Assembly: GCA_963749655.1 (NCBI GenBank)
Contig: CAVVOB010000015.1
Location: forward strand, 96,001 to 160,000
Reading direction: 5' to 3'
DNA from: Nitrospirota bacterium
Lineage (GTDB): Bacteria; Nitrospirota; UBA9217
DNA length: 64,000 nucleotides
Position numbers and translations under genes: made by a program. Below are positions 47,760-57,187 of this stretch, in pieces; position 1 is the stretch's first letter, and each line of letters opens with the position of its first letter. Under the pieces are notes generated by a model, which saw only the letters and a list, made by a program, of their open reading frames with translations, searched no databases and was not told the DNA's origin.

Positions 47760-50030
47760 CTACTTCCGCTCCTTCAATTTTATGCAGATCGCCTTGATCT
47801 CCGCATTGCCCGACCGTTCACCGATCGCCAGAAGTCCCTGGATGCTTTCTTTCGGATATTGGCCGAGCGTCCTGAACAGCAGCCGCTGCATCTTCGCGCG
47901 CCGCTGCGGATAGAGCATGCGCGCCCGTGCCAGCCGCTCCAGGTCGGGGATCGCCCGGGGATCGCCGATCTCCGCCAGGGCTTTGATGGCTTCTTCATTA
48001 TCATTGTAGTCCGCCTCGAAGAGGACGATGCGTTTGATCTTTGCCAGGATGTCGTCGACGACCTCCGTGGTGCGGTACTGGCCGGCCAGGGCGATGGCCT
48101 GGAACGCAAGGTCCGGGTCCTTCGAACGGATGGTGTCGCGAAGCACCTCTACGGCCCCGGGGTCTTTGAGCTTGAGCAGCGTATTGAGCGCCTCCGTGCG
48201 GACCACCTGGTCCTGATGCTGCAGCAGCGGCTTCACGACGGGGATGGATGAAGCCGATCCCGCCCGCCGGATGAGGATCAGCAGGTTGCGGACGTAATAT
48301 TTGCGGGGATCGCGCAATCTCTTGTGCGCTTCGCGCACGCCCGCCTCTCCGAACATGCAGAGAAGGTTGAAAACGACCCGTCTTCCGCCGGGCGCCTCGT
48401 CCTTGCCGTAAATATCGAGGAGCCCGGGTATGGTCGCCGAGCCCAGGGACAGGATCAGGCCGGCGGCCTCCTGGCCCTTATCCTTCATCCACATTTCGAA
48501 GGCACGGAGCGCTTTCGCGATGAATTCGGGCGTGAAAAAGACCTTGCGCGCCTCCGCGGCCGCTTCGCGGATCCCCTTGACGGATTTCTCGCTCATATGC
48601 CGCCGAAGCGTTTCGGAGATGTCCCAGAGCAGCATGAAATTTCCCGTCACGAGGAAGCCGGCCATGATGGCGGAAAGTTTCCGGGCGAACTCGCGGTAGT
48701 CTTCCTCGTCGATGTCCTCCTCCATGAAGGCGATGAGGGCCCTGCCGACCTGAAAATCAAGGTGGTCGTCTTCCAGCGTCCGCGCATATTCCTCCACCGG
48801 GATCTTTTCCCCGACAGCCACTGCGGTTTCCGACAGGCGCTTCAGCATTTCGCTGTATTCATCGGGAACATACTCCTCGTATTGCTCCCGGTCAAAGAGC
48901 TTTTCCATGTGCTCAGGAAGGATGAGCGATGAAAAATCCACATCCCCCTGATCGGCTGCCTCGGGCCCGCCGTGCTGCGCTTCAAATCCCTGGGAATGAG
49001 CGCGCGTCAGCTTGCCGACGAGTCCCGTGAGCGTGGGCGATATCTCCCGGCCCTCCGAGCTCGCCTGGGAGATCATGTCGATCACAATGTCGTCGGGAAA
49101 TCCGCCCAGCAGCTCCTCATCGGCAACGCCCTGGGTGTGCGTGGAAATGCGCTGGAACGCCACGGACAGGAATTGCTTCCGGAGCTCGGGATGGAGGTCT
49201 TTCAAGAGCGTATTCAGGTTCGACATGGTCGCGGACTGCTCCCCGGTAAGCTCTTTCTTTTCCGCCCGCACGCGGACGTGCTCCGAGATGATGCGGTCGT
49301 AGCTCTGGAGCGCCGCGCCGGCATCGAGCTTTCGCTCATTCAGGAGCTGTGCCAGCTCCGCCGGATCGATCTCCCCGTCCTTTGCAGCGATCCCCTCCCC
49401 CGGACCGGCGAGCGTCCCTGCCGTCAAATGGGCGACAAAATCCTGCCACAGGCCTGATCCGGGCTTTTTCTTATCCGTGCCCGACTCGGTCCTGTCGGCC
49501 CGCGTCTGCACTATTTCCTGCTCTTCCGTTACGTGGAAGCGGCCGTAATCAATGACCTGGATCCGGATGTGGGGGATGCCTGCGTCCGTCATGACTTTGC
49601 CGGCGCCGCCCCCGGCCCTGATGTCCTCGGGTTTTGTAGTGATGATCCGGTGAAATTTCACCAGCTCATCCTTGGTCAGACCGCGGACGAAAGTGACCGA
49701 GGCGATCTCCTGCTGGTTGAGGGAAAGGGCAAAATCACGATAGACCGGGTTCTTCTGGTCGAGGTAGTCCTGCCCCACGAGCAGCGTGTCCTTGGCAACG
49801 CCGAGGGTCATCTCTGCCCGGATCTCAAAGAGCTTCTGAAGAATGCGGTAGGCCCGGTCAATGCTTCGGGTTATCTGGATATGACCGGGCGGGTAGATCC
49901 CGACGTTCTTCCGGGAAATATTGAGCTCAATGACTGCTTCGGAGAGAAGACGGGTGTCGAGGGGAATTTCCTTTTCCGTGCGGGCAGCAGGAGATTGCGG
50001 TAGACTATTTTTTTCCTGCTTTTCATTCAT
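47760..50030 (-). CDS. HEAT-repeat domain protein
   Basis: C-terminal LRDPRKYYVRNL, LLQHQDQVVRTEAL, ALAEIGDPRAIP repeats. Confidence 0.85.
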   Translation of the reverse strand: MNEKQEKNSLPQSPAARTEKEIPLDTRLLSEAVIELNISRKNVGIYPPGHIQITRSIDRAYRILQKLFEIRAEMTLGVAKDTLLVGQDYLDQKNPVYRDFALSLNQQEIASVTFVRGLTKDELVKFHRIITTKPEDIRAGGGAGKVMTDAGIPHIRIQVIDYGRFHVTEEQEIVQTRADRTESGTDKKKPGSGLWQDFVAHLTAGTLAGPGEGIAAKDGEIDPAELAQLLNERKLDAGAALQSYDRIISEHVRVRAEKKELTGEQSATMSNLNTLLKDLHPELRKQFLSVAFQRISTHTQGVADEELLGGFPDDIVIDMISQASSEGREISPTLTGLVGKLTRAHSQGFEAQHGGPEAADQGDVDFSSLILPEHMEKLFDREQYEEYVPDEYSEMLKRLSETAVAVGEKIPVEEYARTLEDDHLDFQVGRALIAFMEEDIDEEDYREFARKLSAIMAGFLVTGNFMLLWDISETLRRHMSEKSVKGIREAAAEARKVFFTPEFIAKALRAFEMWMKDKGQEAAGLILSLGSATIPGLLDIYGKDEAPGGRRVVFNLLCMFGEAGVREAHKRLRDPRKYYVRNLLILIRRAGSASSIPVVKPLLQHQDQVVRTEALNTLLKLKDPGAVEVLRDTIRSKDPDLAFQAIALAGQYRTTEVVDDILAKIKRIVLFEADYNDNEEAIKALAEIGDPRAIPDLERLARARMLYPQRRAKMQRLLFRTLGQYPKESIQGLLAIGERSGNAEIKAICIKLKERK

Positions 50031-50298
50031 GATACTATTATATCCGGATTTGTCCGCTTTTCCAGAAGAATTGATACAAACTGCAGCTTCCCGCTTCATT
50101 CCTTCCTCCCCGCCGCGTTCAGAGGGGTCGGGAACCGGCGTTCACCTCAGTCATATTATCAATGTCGATGCGCGAAAAAAGCCCAACAGCGTTCTCTGCC
50201 GGCCGCCGGAATACATGCCATATGCTATAATCAACTTGTGCTTGCCCGATCAACAGGAAAGGACAGCCGCATAAAACACAACTGCGCACGAGACACCG

Positions 50299-51342
50299 AT
50301 GATATTCAAAGTTTTTAAAAAAGAAGAGCTGAAGACGTTTTTTGAGCGGCTTGCCGAGGACAACACGGTCGTCGGTCCCGTCCAGACCGGCATCGACCGG
50401 TCTGGAAAGCCGCTCTATCAGTTCGAGCAGGTGTCGGACTTCGAAAAAGTGCGCCTCGACTACACCACGACCAAGCTTCCCGCAAAACGGTATTTTCTGC
50501 CCTATCGTGAAGCAATGGCGACCTTCCGGTTCGAGAACAACGACTGGCAGAAAAACATCGACTTCAACATCGACAGGCCCTACGTCTTTTTCGGGCTTCA
50601 CGCCTGCGACATCAATGCGCTCAACAGGCTGGACAAGGTCCTGATGGGCGCCACCTACCCCATGCCCTATTACGCGGCAAAGCGCATGAACATGTTCATC
50701 ATCGGCGTCGACTGCCGGCCGCAGCCGTTCTGCTTCTGCCGATCCATGGGCGCGGACACCGTCACCCACGGATTCGACCTGTTCCTGACCGATATCGGCG
50801 ACCGCTATTTCGCCGAGATCATGTCCGCTACGGCGTTCGACTTCCTGAACATGATCAAAACGTCGGAGCCGGACGAAGACGACCATGTGCGCTACATGAA
50901 GGTCGTTGCCGAGAAGAACAAGCAGTTCACCGCCCATGTCGACACGTCGGACCTCACCAAGATTCTCGACATGGAGTTCCAGTCCCCGGTCTGGAAGCAA
51001 TGGGGCGATAAATGCCTGGGCTGCGGCACCTGCGCCAATGTCTGTCCCACCTGCTATTGCTACGGCGTCGAGGAAACGGTGCGCGTCGACTTGAAGGGCG
51101 CGGACAAGAACAAGACGCTCTATTCCTGCAACGTCATCGACTTTGCCGAGGTCGCCGGCGGCCATAATTTCAGGCCCGAGCGGTCCACAAGGCTCAAATA
51201 CCGCTACTATCACAAGCACCGCGGGTTCGTCGAGGCCTTCGAGGAATCGCTCTGCGTCGGCTGCGGCCGGTGCGGCGAGGCCTGCCTGGCCGGCATCACG
51301 GTCCCCGAGGTCATTGCCAGCGTGCGGGGAGAGGAGCCGTAA
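50299..51342 (+). CDS. Group 3b hydrogenase/sulfhydrogenase beta subunit (AsrA-like 4Fe-4S)
   Basis: GLHACD, CFC, CLGCGTCANVCPTCYC, CVGCGRCGEAC. Confidence 0.92.
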   Translation: MIFKVFKKEELKTFFERLAEDNTVVGPVQTGIDRSGKPLYQFEQVSDFEKVRLDYTTTKLPAKRYFLPYREAMATFRFENNDWQKNIDFNIDRPYVFFGLHACDINALNRLDKVLMGATYPMPYYAAKRMNMFIIGVDCRPQPFCFCRSMGADTVTHGFDLFLTDIGDRYFAEIMSATAFDFLNMIKTSEPDEDDHVRYMKVVAEKNKQFTAHVDTSDLTKILDMEFQSPVWKQWGDKCLGCGTCANVCPTCYCYGVEETVRVDLKGADKNKTLYSCNVIDFAEVAGGHNFRPERSTRLKYRYYHKHRGFVEAFEESLCVGCGRCGEACLAGITVPEVIASVRGEEP

Positions 51343-51343
51343 G

Positions 51344-52247
51344 ATGGACCACCGCCTGCGCTTCCATGAAGTGATCCCTGCACGGAAATGGCAGAGGAAA
51401 TCCGACCTCGGCAGCTACGAGTACACCTACAAGGCCGAGATCACGAGCATCTACAAGCTCACTGATTTCGAGAACCTCTACCGCATCCGGCTGGTCGATG
51501 ACGACGACCGCAGGCACTTCTCCTTCCGGCCCGGCCAGTTCATCATGCTGGAGGTGCCCGGCGTGGGCGAGGCCCCCTTCTCCATCTCTTCGTCGCCGAG
51601 CAACCGTGAGGACATAGAGCTCTGCATCCGCACCGCGGGGAACCTCACCGCCTTTCTCAGCCGGGCCATGCGCGGCATGCTCGTAGGCGTGCGCGGCCCC
51701 TTCGGGACCAGCTTTCCCATGGAGCGGATGCACGGACGGGAACATTCTTCTCATCGCCGGCGGCCTGGGGCTCGCCCCTCTGCGTTCTCCTATTGCCCAC
51801 GTGCAGGAGCACCGCAGCAGATTCGACCATGTCGACATCATCTACGGCACCAAGGACCCGTCCCGTCTCCTGTTCAAGTACCAGTACGAAATGTGGAAGA
51901 AGGACGACATCAATCTCCACATCATCATGGAAAAAGCCGATCCTGCGTGGACAGGGCCCGTGGGCATGATCACGAAAGTGCTGGAGGAGATCATCGCGAA
52001 GCGCGACGCCTCGTTCATCAACAACACCTATGCCGTCGTGTGCGGCCCCCCGGTCATGTTCAAGTTCGTCTGCGATATGCTGTCGGCGAAGGGCGTGTCG
52101 ATGCAGAAAATGTTCGTCTCCCTCGAGCGGCGCATGCACTGCGGCATGGGGAAGTGCTGCAGGTGCAACGTGGGCTCGACCTATACCTGTCTGTCCGGCC
52201 CAGTCTTCGACTACTGGACCGTGATGAACCTGAAAGAGGCGATTTGA
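51344..52247 (+). CDS. Group 3b hydrogenase gamma subunit (FAD/NAD(P), AsrB-like); extra G at 51738-51740
   Basis: [21 protein letters not shown]; after shift [35 protein letters not shown]. Confidence 0.9.
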
Positions 52248-52318
52248 TACTGCGACAAAACTTTCCCGCAGAGACGCGGAGGCGCGGAGTAAAGCCTCGT
52301 AAATTACTCTACACAGCT

Positions 52319-52397
52319 CGTCATCCCCGAATGCCTCTGTCGGGGATCCAGTGATTTTCCTGTAATCTCTGGATGCCGGATCAAGTCCGGCATGACG
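52319..52397. repeat. GTCAT-type palindromic doublet
   Basis: CGTCATCCCCGA...TCGGGGATCCAG spacer CTGGATGCCGGA...TCCGGCATGACG; related to MITE B core and 63691. Confidence 0.8.
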
Positions 52398-52422
52398 GCA
52401 AAGGACTTAAAAGAGTGACACG

Positions 52423-53232
52423 ATGAAATCATCCAAAGAAACGACTCGAACCTTCCTCGGTATCCCTCTCGCAAAACCGAAGGTTGCGTTCTTCGAACTT
52501 TCCTCCTGCGAGGGCTGCCAGCTCCAGATCGTGAACAACGAGGCGTCGCTGCTCGATTTCCTCTCCCTCGTCGAGGTGGTCGCCTTCCGCGAAGCCATGA
52601 CCGAGAAGAGCGACGACTACGCCATAGCCTTCGTGGAAGGCAGCGTGACGCGCGCCGATGAGATCGAGCGGCTCAAGACGATCAGAAAGAACACAAAGGT
52701 CCTCGTTGCCTTCGGTTCCTGCGCCTGCTTCGGCGGCGTGAACCAGCTCAAGAACCGGTTTCGCGATCCCGCCTGGGTACAGAAGCAGGTCTACGGCAGT
52801 CATCCGGTCGTTACAAACGACACTGCCCAACCGCTGGAAGCCTTCGTTCCCGTGGACCTCAAGATCTACGGCTGCCCGGTGAAAAAGGAAGAGGTTGAAA
52901 AGATCGTGACGAACGCGGTCCTGGGCAAGTCCATCGTCCACCCCAAGTATCCGGTCTGCATGGAATGCAAGGCGAACGAGAACACCTGCCTCTTCGACAT
53001 CGGCGAGCCCTGTCTCGGCCCGATCACGCGCGGCGGCTGCGATTCCTGGTGTCCGAACAACAGGTTCGGCTGCTGGGGGTGCCGGGGCCCGGCGGACGAT
53101 GCCAATGTGGAGCAGATGAAGGTGATCATGAAGGAGCGCGGGTTCTCCGAGGAGACCATGCTGGACCGGCTGGAATGTTTCGGGGGCTTTGCGCAGCATG
53201 CGGAGACGCTCAGAAACGGCATGAAACGATAA
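52423..53232 (+). CDS. Group 3b [NiFe]-hydrogenase small (delta) subunit
   Basis: SSCEGC, VEGS, GSCACFGG, GCP, CMEC, CLGPITRGGC...CP...CWGCRG. Confidence 0.93.
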   Translation: MKSSKETTRTFLGIPLAKPKVAFFELSSCEGCQLQIVNNEASLLDFLSLVEVVAFREAMTEKSDDYAIAFVEGSVTRADEIERLKTIRKNTKVLVAFGSCACFGGVNQLKNRFRDPAWVQKQVYGSHPVVTNDTAQPLEAFVPVDLKIYGCPVKKEEVEKIVTNAVLGKSIVHPKYPVCMECKANENTCLFDIGEPCLGPITRGGCDSWCPNNRFGCWGCRGPADDANVEQMKVIMKERGFSEETMLDRLECFGGFAQHAETLRNGMKR

Positions 53233-53244
53233 AGTGCTATTTTT

Positions 53245-53323
53245 GCCACGAATTAACGCGAATTTTCACGAATCAAGTCCAAGACTCTGCTTTAATCCGT
53301 GTCAATCTGTGTAAATTCGTGGC
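53245..53323. repeat. Inverted 10-mer arrays (CACGAATT family)
   Basis: gccacgaattaacgcgaattttcacgaat vs atccgtgtcaatctgtgtaaattcgtggc. Confidence 0.88.
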
Positions 53324-53344
53324 TCAAGCAGTGAAGGGACTCCT

Positions 53345-54619
53345 ATGAAATCTACCCGCACCATCGACATCCACCACGTGAGCCGGGTCGAAGGACACGG
53401 CAATATCAAAATATCCATACGCGACGGAAAGCTCGAAGAGGCCCGCTGGGAAGTGGTGGAAACGCCGCGCTTCTTCGAGGCGATGCTCGTGGGCAAAAAA
53501 TGGGAGAACGCGCCCTGGATCAGCGGCCGCATCTGCGGGATCTGCTCCATCGGACATACGCTGGCCTCCATCAGGGCGGTCGAGAACGCTTTCGGCATCG
53601 AACCCACGGAGCAGACGCGGAAACTGCGCCTGCTGCTCAAGCACATGGAGACGCTCCAGAGCCATATCCTCCACCTGTACTTTCTCGCCGCCCCCGACTT
53701 CCTGAACGCAGGCAGCGTTTTCCCGCTCATCGATTCGCACCCCGACGTGGTGAAGCGCGCGGCGAACCTGAAGCTGCTGGCGAACGACATGTGCGACTGC
53801 ATCGGCGGCAGACGCCTTCATCCGACCCGGACCGTCGTGGGCGGGTTCACCATGCTTCCGGAAAAGCGGGACCTGATCCAGTTCAAGCTGCGCCTGCAGG
53901 ATGCCAAAGACGACCTCGTGCGGACAGCCGAATTGTTCCGTTCCTTTGCCATACCCGATTTTGTGCGCGAAACCGAGTTCGTCTCGCTCAAGGGAAAGGG
54001 CCGCTACCCCTTCATCGGCGGGGACCTCGTATCCACCGACGGCGTGGTAAAGAGGGAGCATGAATACAAGGCCATGACCAACGAGTATATCGTGGAACAG
54101 TCCACGTCGAAGTGGAGCCGCCTATCGCGCGAATCCTTTGCCGTGGGAGCGCTGGCGCGGCTTAACAACAATTTTGCCCTTCTCCATCCCGTAGCACGGG
54201 AGCTGTCGGAGAGTTTCGGGCTCAGGCCCGTATGCCACAATCCCTACATGAACAACGTGGCCCAGCTTGTCGAATCCCTGCACGTGGTCCTGGAATCCAT
54301 CGATCTGATAGACGAGCTTGCGGGCATGGCGTGGCAGGAGCCGCGCCGGAAGGTGGAGCCGAAAAGCGGCCTCGGTGTAGGCGCCGTTGAAGTGCCGAGG
54401 GGCATCCTCTATCACTCTTACGAGTTCGACAGCGAAGGAAGAATCACGAATTGCGACTGCGTGATCCCGACGAGCCAGAACCACGCGAACATCCAGCATG
54501 ACCTCAAGGCGCTCGCCTCCCAATATACCGCCAAAGGATCGCAGGACCGGGACATCGAGCTTCTGGCCCAGATGCTGGTCCGTTCCTATGACCCCTGCAT
54601 CTCCTGCTCCGTGCACTGA
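53345..54619 (+). CDS. Group 3b [NiFe]-hydrogenase large (alpha) subunit
   Basis: SRVEGHG, RICGICSIGH, EVPRGILYH, YDPCISCSVH. Confidence 0.95.
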   Translation: MKSTRTIDIHHVSRVEGHGNIKISIRDGKLEEARWEVVETPRFFEAMLVGKKWENAPWISGRICGICSIGHTLASIRAVENAFGIEPTEQTRKLRLLLKHMETLQSHILHLYFLAAPDFLNAGSVFPLIDSHPDVVKRAANLKLLANDMCDCIGGRRLHPTRTVVGGFTMLPEKRDLIQFKLRLQDAKDDLVRTAELFRSFAIPDFVRETEFVSLKGKGRYPFIGGDLVSTDGVVKREHEYKAMTNEYIVEQSTSKWSRLSRESFAVGALARLNNNFALLHPVARELSESFGLRPVCHNPYMNNVAQLVESLHVVLESIDLIDELAGMAWQEPRRKVEPKSGLGVGAVEVPRGILYHSYEFDSEGRITNCDCVIPTSQNHANIQHDLKALASQYTAKGSQDRDIELLAQMLVRSYDPCISCSVH

Positions 54620-54628
54620 GTCTTGCTT

Positions 54629-54806
54629 AGGGCACCGGGCAGAGCAGACTGCGCATAGTGCATAGGGCATAGGGTGGAAGCCTCTGCTCTTTGCTCTTTG
54701 CTCTTTGCTCTTTGCTCTTTGCTCTTTGCCTTCTGCGCTCTGCCCTCTGCCCTCTGCTCTCTGCCCTCTGCTCTCTGCTCTCTGCCCTCTGCTCTCTGCC
54801 CTCTGC
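54629..54806. repeat. Long heptamer array (CTYTGCY x ~17) with short inverted partner
   Basis: agggcac...gcagagcag...catagggcataggg then ctctgct ctttgct ctttgct ... ctctgcc from 54682 to 54806. Confidence 0.92.
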
Positions 54807-54820
54807 TTCGGGGAGCGCGT

Positions 54821-55222
54821 TCAGCCCTCTTCCCTTCTTCTATTCATCCTGAGCACCAGAAGCAGAAGAAGCAATACTGCGAGGACGTACAGGAGCGGAT
54901 TCGTCGAATATACATTTTCTTCGATTACCGTCGCGACGCGGTAGTGGGTGGTAACAACGGTCGTTGTTAACGAATTAACAGGGCTGGCTGATTCCGTCGG
55001 TACGCTCTGCAACACCGGTTCCGCTCTTTTCCCCTTCTTTTCCTTTTTGATCCGAACAGGCCTCCCATCCTTGTCATGGAGATGATACTCCTTGTAGAAC
55101 AAGTTCCACTCCTCGCACTCTTTCATGCACAAATGTCCGCCGTACCGGTCTGTTTTGCCCGGATGAGACCAGGCTGTAAGGGGCAGAAAAAGAATAAGGA
55201 TAAGCATGAGAAGAGGTTTCAT
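54821..55222 (-). CDS. YHYH-domain secreted/membrane-anchored protein
   Basis: Signal peptide, HPGKTDRYGGH.C...YHLH, C-terminal TM helix with basic tail. Confidence 0.8.
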   Translation of the reverse strand: MKPLLMLILILFLPLTAWSHPGKTDRYGGHLCMKECEEWNLFYKEYHLHDKDGRPVRIKKEKKGKRAEPVLQSVPTESASPVNSLTTTVVTTHYRVATVIEENVYSTNPLLYVLAVLLLLLLVLRMNRRREEG

Positions 55223-55294
55223 TGCACGAGTTTATCCGAGCGCCGGGGGAGAGTCAACAAAGCAGTTATAATGCCACGAATACCGTCTTTTTTC

Positions 55295-55323
55295 TTGACA
55301 ACATCTGTGCGTGATGTTACATT
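55295..55323 (+). promoter_or_regulatory. sigma70 promoter of tRNA-Ala
   Basis: TTGACA-N17-TACATT with TGn extension. Confidence 0.75.
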
Positions 55324-55349
55324 AATCGCCTGTTTGGGATGTACTTTTT

Positions 55350-55425
55350 GGGGCTGTAGCTCAGCTGGGAGAGCACAAGGCTGGCAGTCTTGGGGTCAGG
55401 GGTTCGATCCCCCTCAGCTCCACCA
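55350..55425 (+). tRNA. tRNA-Ala (anticodon GGC)
   Basis: 76-nt cloverleaf: GGGGCTG/CAGCTCC acceptor with G3:U70, GCTC/GAGC D stem, CAAGG-CTGGCAG-TCTTG, GGTTCGATCC, CCA end. Confidence 0.97.
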
Positions 55426-55433
55426 AAATAAAC

Positions 55434-55465
55434 AAAGGCTGGTCATTCATGACCGGCCTTTTTTT
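55434..55465 (+). terminator. Intrinsic terminator after tRNA
   Basis: AAAGGCTGGTCA-TTCA-TGACCGGCCTTT plus T run. Confidence 0.85.
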
Positions 55466-55583
55466 ATTTTGGTGAGGGGGATCGAACCAAGGGAGTTTGA
55501 GGGAAAGGATTTCCCTCATGCTTTAGGGGAGCACACGAGGGGACTGGTCCCCTCGTGGAGCGAGCATGCGAGCGAGTGAGATT

Positions 55584-55642
55584 CCCCCTCAGCTCCACCA
55601 AAAAATAACAAAAGGGTTGACCAATCGGTCAGCCCTTTTTTG
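55584..55642 (+). repeat. Second copy of tRNA-Ala 3' end with its own terminator
   Basis: CCCCCTCAGCTCCACCAAAA then AAAAGGGTTGACC-AATC-GGTCAGCCCTTTT. Confidence 0.88.
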
Positions 55643-55689
55643 TTGTTGGTGGAATTGGGGATTGAACACAGGAGGTATGGGGGAAGATT

Positions 55690-56064
55690 CTATCGCTTCT
55701 TCACATATTTCACGCCTTCAACATCTTTCAAGTCACTGTCCTGTGTCCAGATAACCGCATTATGAATTCTGGAGGTTGCCACAATTACTGCATCAGCCAT
55801 GGGTAATTTTAATTCATGGCCGATCTTCGCGGCAGTAACAGCGGTTCCGCTGTCAAGGTCGATCAACTGTCCCTGCTGCATCAATGCAATTGCCTGCAAT
55901 GCCGCATCCTCGCCTCGCTGTTGCAGGACCCGTTTGAATACTTCCAGGATGCAGAGCGTCGGGACAAGAAGATCCTCGGTGTCTTCAATGGCAGGGGCGA
56001 AGAAACCCGCATTCGATCCATCCGCAAGATATTCGAGCCATCCACAGGAATCGACGAGGTTCAT
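55690..56064 (-). CDS. VapC-like PIN toxin
   Basis: LVDSCGWLEY, LEV, LPMADAVI, WTQDSD. Confidence 0.92.
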   Translation of the reverse strand: MNLVDSCGWLEYLADGSNAGFFAPAIEDTEDLLVPTLCILEVFKRVLQQRGEDAALQAIALMQQGQLIDLDSGTAVTAAKIGHELKLPMADAVIVATSRIHNAVIWTQDSDLKDVEGVKYVKKR

Positions 56065-56267
56065 ACGCGATCTTTTTCCCTGTTCACCGTCGTATCAATC
56101 CCCTTCAGAAAGCCGCGCATGGACTTCACCTTCTTAACCGGAACGAGTTCGATACGATTTGCGTAATGAATGACCTGCATCTTCTCTCCCGGTTTGATAC
56201 TAAGAGTTTCGCGAACATCACGCGGGATAACAACCTGATATTTCGGGGAAACAGTGACGGTTTTCAT
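56061..56267 (-). CDS. AbrB/MazE-family antitoxin
   Basis: VSPKYQVVIPRDVRETLSIKPG; ATGA overlap with toxin. Confidence 0.92.
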   Translation of the reverse strand: MKTVTVSPKYQVVIPRDVRETLSIKPGEKMQVIHYANRIELVPVKKVKSMRGFLKGIDTTVNREKDRV

Positions 56268-56446
56268 AGTGCCCTCCATCGATAGGCTATACGTATTACT
56301 ATATCACCATCGATGAGCCATGGCAAGAAAAAATCCAAATCTGTCGACGGGGTAAAAAAGAGATTGGTGATGGATGATAGATGGCGAATGGCAGTGAGAT
56401 GACGGCCTTTTCGTCCGGCGCAAGTGACGTGAAAGAACCGCGCGGA

Positions 56447-57163
56447 TTACCAGCCGATCAACACAAGCGATATGTTGTCTTTGCCGCCCATGCGATTTGC
56501 AGCCTCGACCAGAATAGCAGCAGCTTTGTCAAGATCGTCATTATGAATTTTTATCAGTTCTTCAATTGCTCCGTCCGACAGCATGTCTGTCAAACCGTCG
56601 GAACAAAGCAGAATGATGTCCCCCGGCAGAAGATCGACGCTGTGGCCGTCGCATTTCACGGCTTTTGACGGGCCGAGCGCCTGGCTCAGAACACGCGCTT
56701 TGTGAAAAAAGAACAGCTCGCGGATCATTACCTCCTGGTTGATCCCGTAATCCATCGTGTGGTCTGTGGTGATCCGCGCCAGGGCGCCCTGCCGATAGAG
56801 GTATGCCCTGCTGTCCCCCACGTGACTGAGATAAGCAATGTCATTCCTGATGCAGAGAATGACGAGCGTAGTTCCCATGCCGCTGAGCGCCCGGCGCCTC
56901 CGTGATGCCTTCTGCACTTCAGCGTGGGCATGTTCCAGGGCCTGATTCAGCAGCGGCAGAATGTCGTTATCCGGCGCTTCTTCCTGCTGTTCCTTCAGGA
57001 AGGCGAGAGCCTTTCGGACAGCCAGACGGCTTGCAACGCGGCCCGCGCGGGGACCGCTGAGGCCGTCGGCAAGAAGGAAAAGACCCTCTGCCTCATCAAC
57101 AAGAACCGCGTCCTCGTTCACGCTCTTCTTTCTTCCCTTATCCGTCTTCCACGAAACGCGCAT
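56447..57163 (-). CDS. PP2C-family Ser/Thr protein phosphatase
   Basis: NEDA, LADGLSG, GMGTT, HVGDSRAY, LCSDGLTD, GGKDNIS. Confidence 0.94.
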   Translation of the reverse strand: MRVSWKTDKGRKKSVNEDAVLVDEAEGLFLLADGLSGPRAGRVASRLAVRKALAFLKEQQEEAPDNDILPLLNQALEHAHAEVQKASRRRRALSGMGTTLVILCIRNDIAYLSHVGDSRAYLYRQGALARITTDHTMDYGINQEVMIRELFFFHKARVLSQALGPSKAVKCDGHSVDLLPGDIILLCSDGLTDMLSDGAIEELIKIHNDDLDKAAAILVEAANRMGGKDNISLVLIGW

Positions 57164-57187
57164 TGTTCTCCGGTTTTCAACGACTCT

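Noticed and set aside
51721-51760. Programmed frameshift in hydrogenase gamma subunit
   Set aside because: No slippery heptamer; one extra G fits the window-wide indel pattern.
54600-54680. Selenocysteine read-through of the hydrogenase TGA
   Set aside because: All Ni ligands are Cys codons; TGA follows the terminal His and downstream sequence is repeat.
54682-54806. CRISPR array or ALCSLPS low-complexity ORFs
   Set aside because: Pure heptamer tandem without spacers; no cas genes; ORFs are translations of the repeat.
55584-55600. Second tRNA gene
   Set aside because: Only the 3' 17 nt match; no D or anticodon arm upstream.
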